In this document: positions 63,941-64,000 of the stretch, one piece after another | How positions within the stretch are numbered: position 1 is the stretch's first letter | How the letters are laid out: every line of letters begins with the position of its first letter | DNA from: Tubiluchus corallicola | Lineage: Eukaryota > Animalia > Priapulida | Assembly: GCA_030141605.1 (NCBI GenBank) | Contig: JAQGDQ010000800.1 | Location: 1 to 64,000, forward strand | DNA: 64,000 nt | Reading direction: 5' to 3' | The notes under the pieces: model-generated | The model's database searches: none | What the model was told of the DNA's origin: nothing | Seen by the model: the letters and a program-made list of their open reading frames with translations, nothing else | Program-made: the position numbers and the translations under genes

Positions 63941-64000
63941 AAAGTGGGCCATAATCGTAATGACATAGTAGCTAAAACTCTGATCAATACATATTGTCTA

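Overview
This is AT-rich, intron- and repeat-rich animal (probably invertebrate) nuclear DNA, not prokaryotic; there is no CRISPR array or operon. Manual splicing at GT-AG sites with matching phases supports six protein-coding genes. (1) A 2-exon CD20/MS4A-like four-TM gene (+, 4751-8377, 242 aa). (2) A 3-exon signal-peptide LRR gene with two tandem LRRNT-LRR-LRRCT modules and a GPI-like tail (+, 13071-22128, 496 aa). (3) A convergent, divergent single-module LRR paralog (-, 27004-24603, 284 aa), bracketed by ~480-bp inverted repeats. (4) A divergent Plexin-A-like gene (-, 44069 to ~34165) with Sema and PSI domains, a +1 homopolymer frameshift and no further exons found in the window. (5) A C2H2 zinc-finger gene with a single coding exon (-, 49641-48631). 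(6) The last five exons of a type-I membrane protein with a Notch-type cbEGF domain, stalk, TM helix and cytoplasmic tail (-, 62935-56526); the ORF track mostly misses these. An orphan 5S rRNA copy is fused to a GC-rich body and may be a 5S-headed SINE. The rest is hAT, Tc1, mariner, piggyBac-like and Kolobok-like relics, solo LTRs with 5-bp TSDs, LINE 3' fragments, and micro- and minisatellites. All family calls come from motif recognition by eye; no database search was run.
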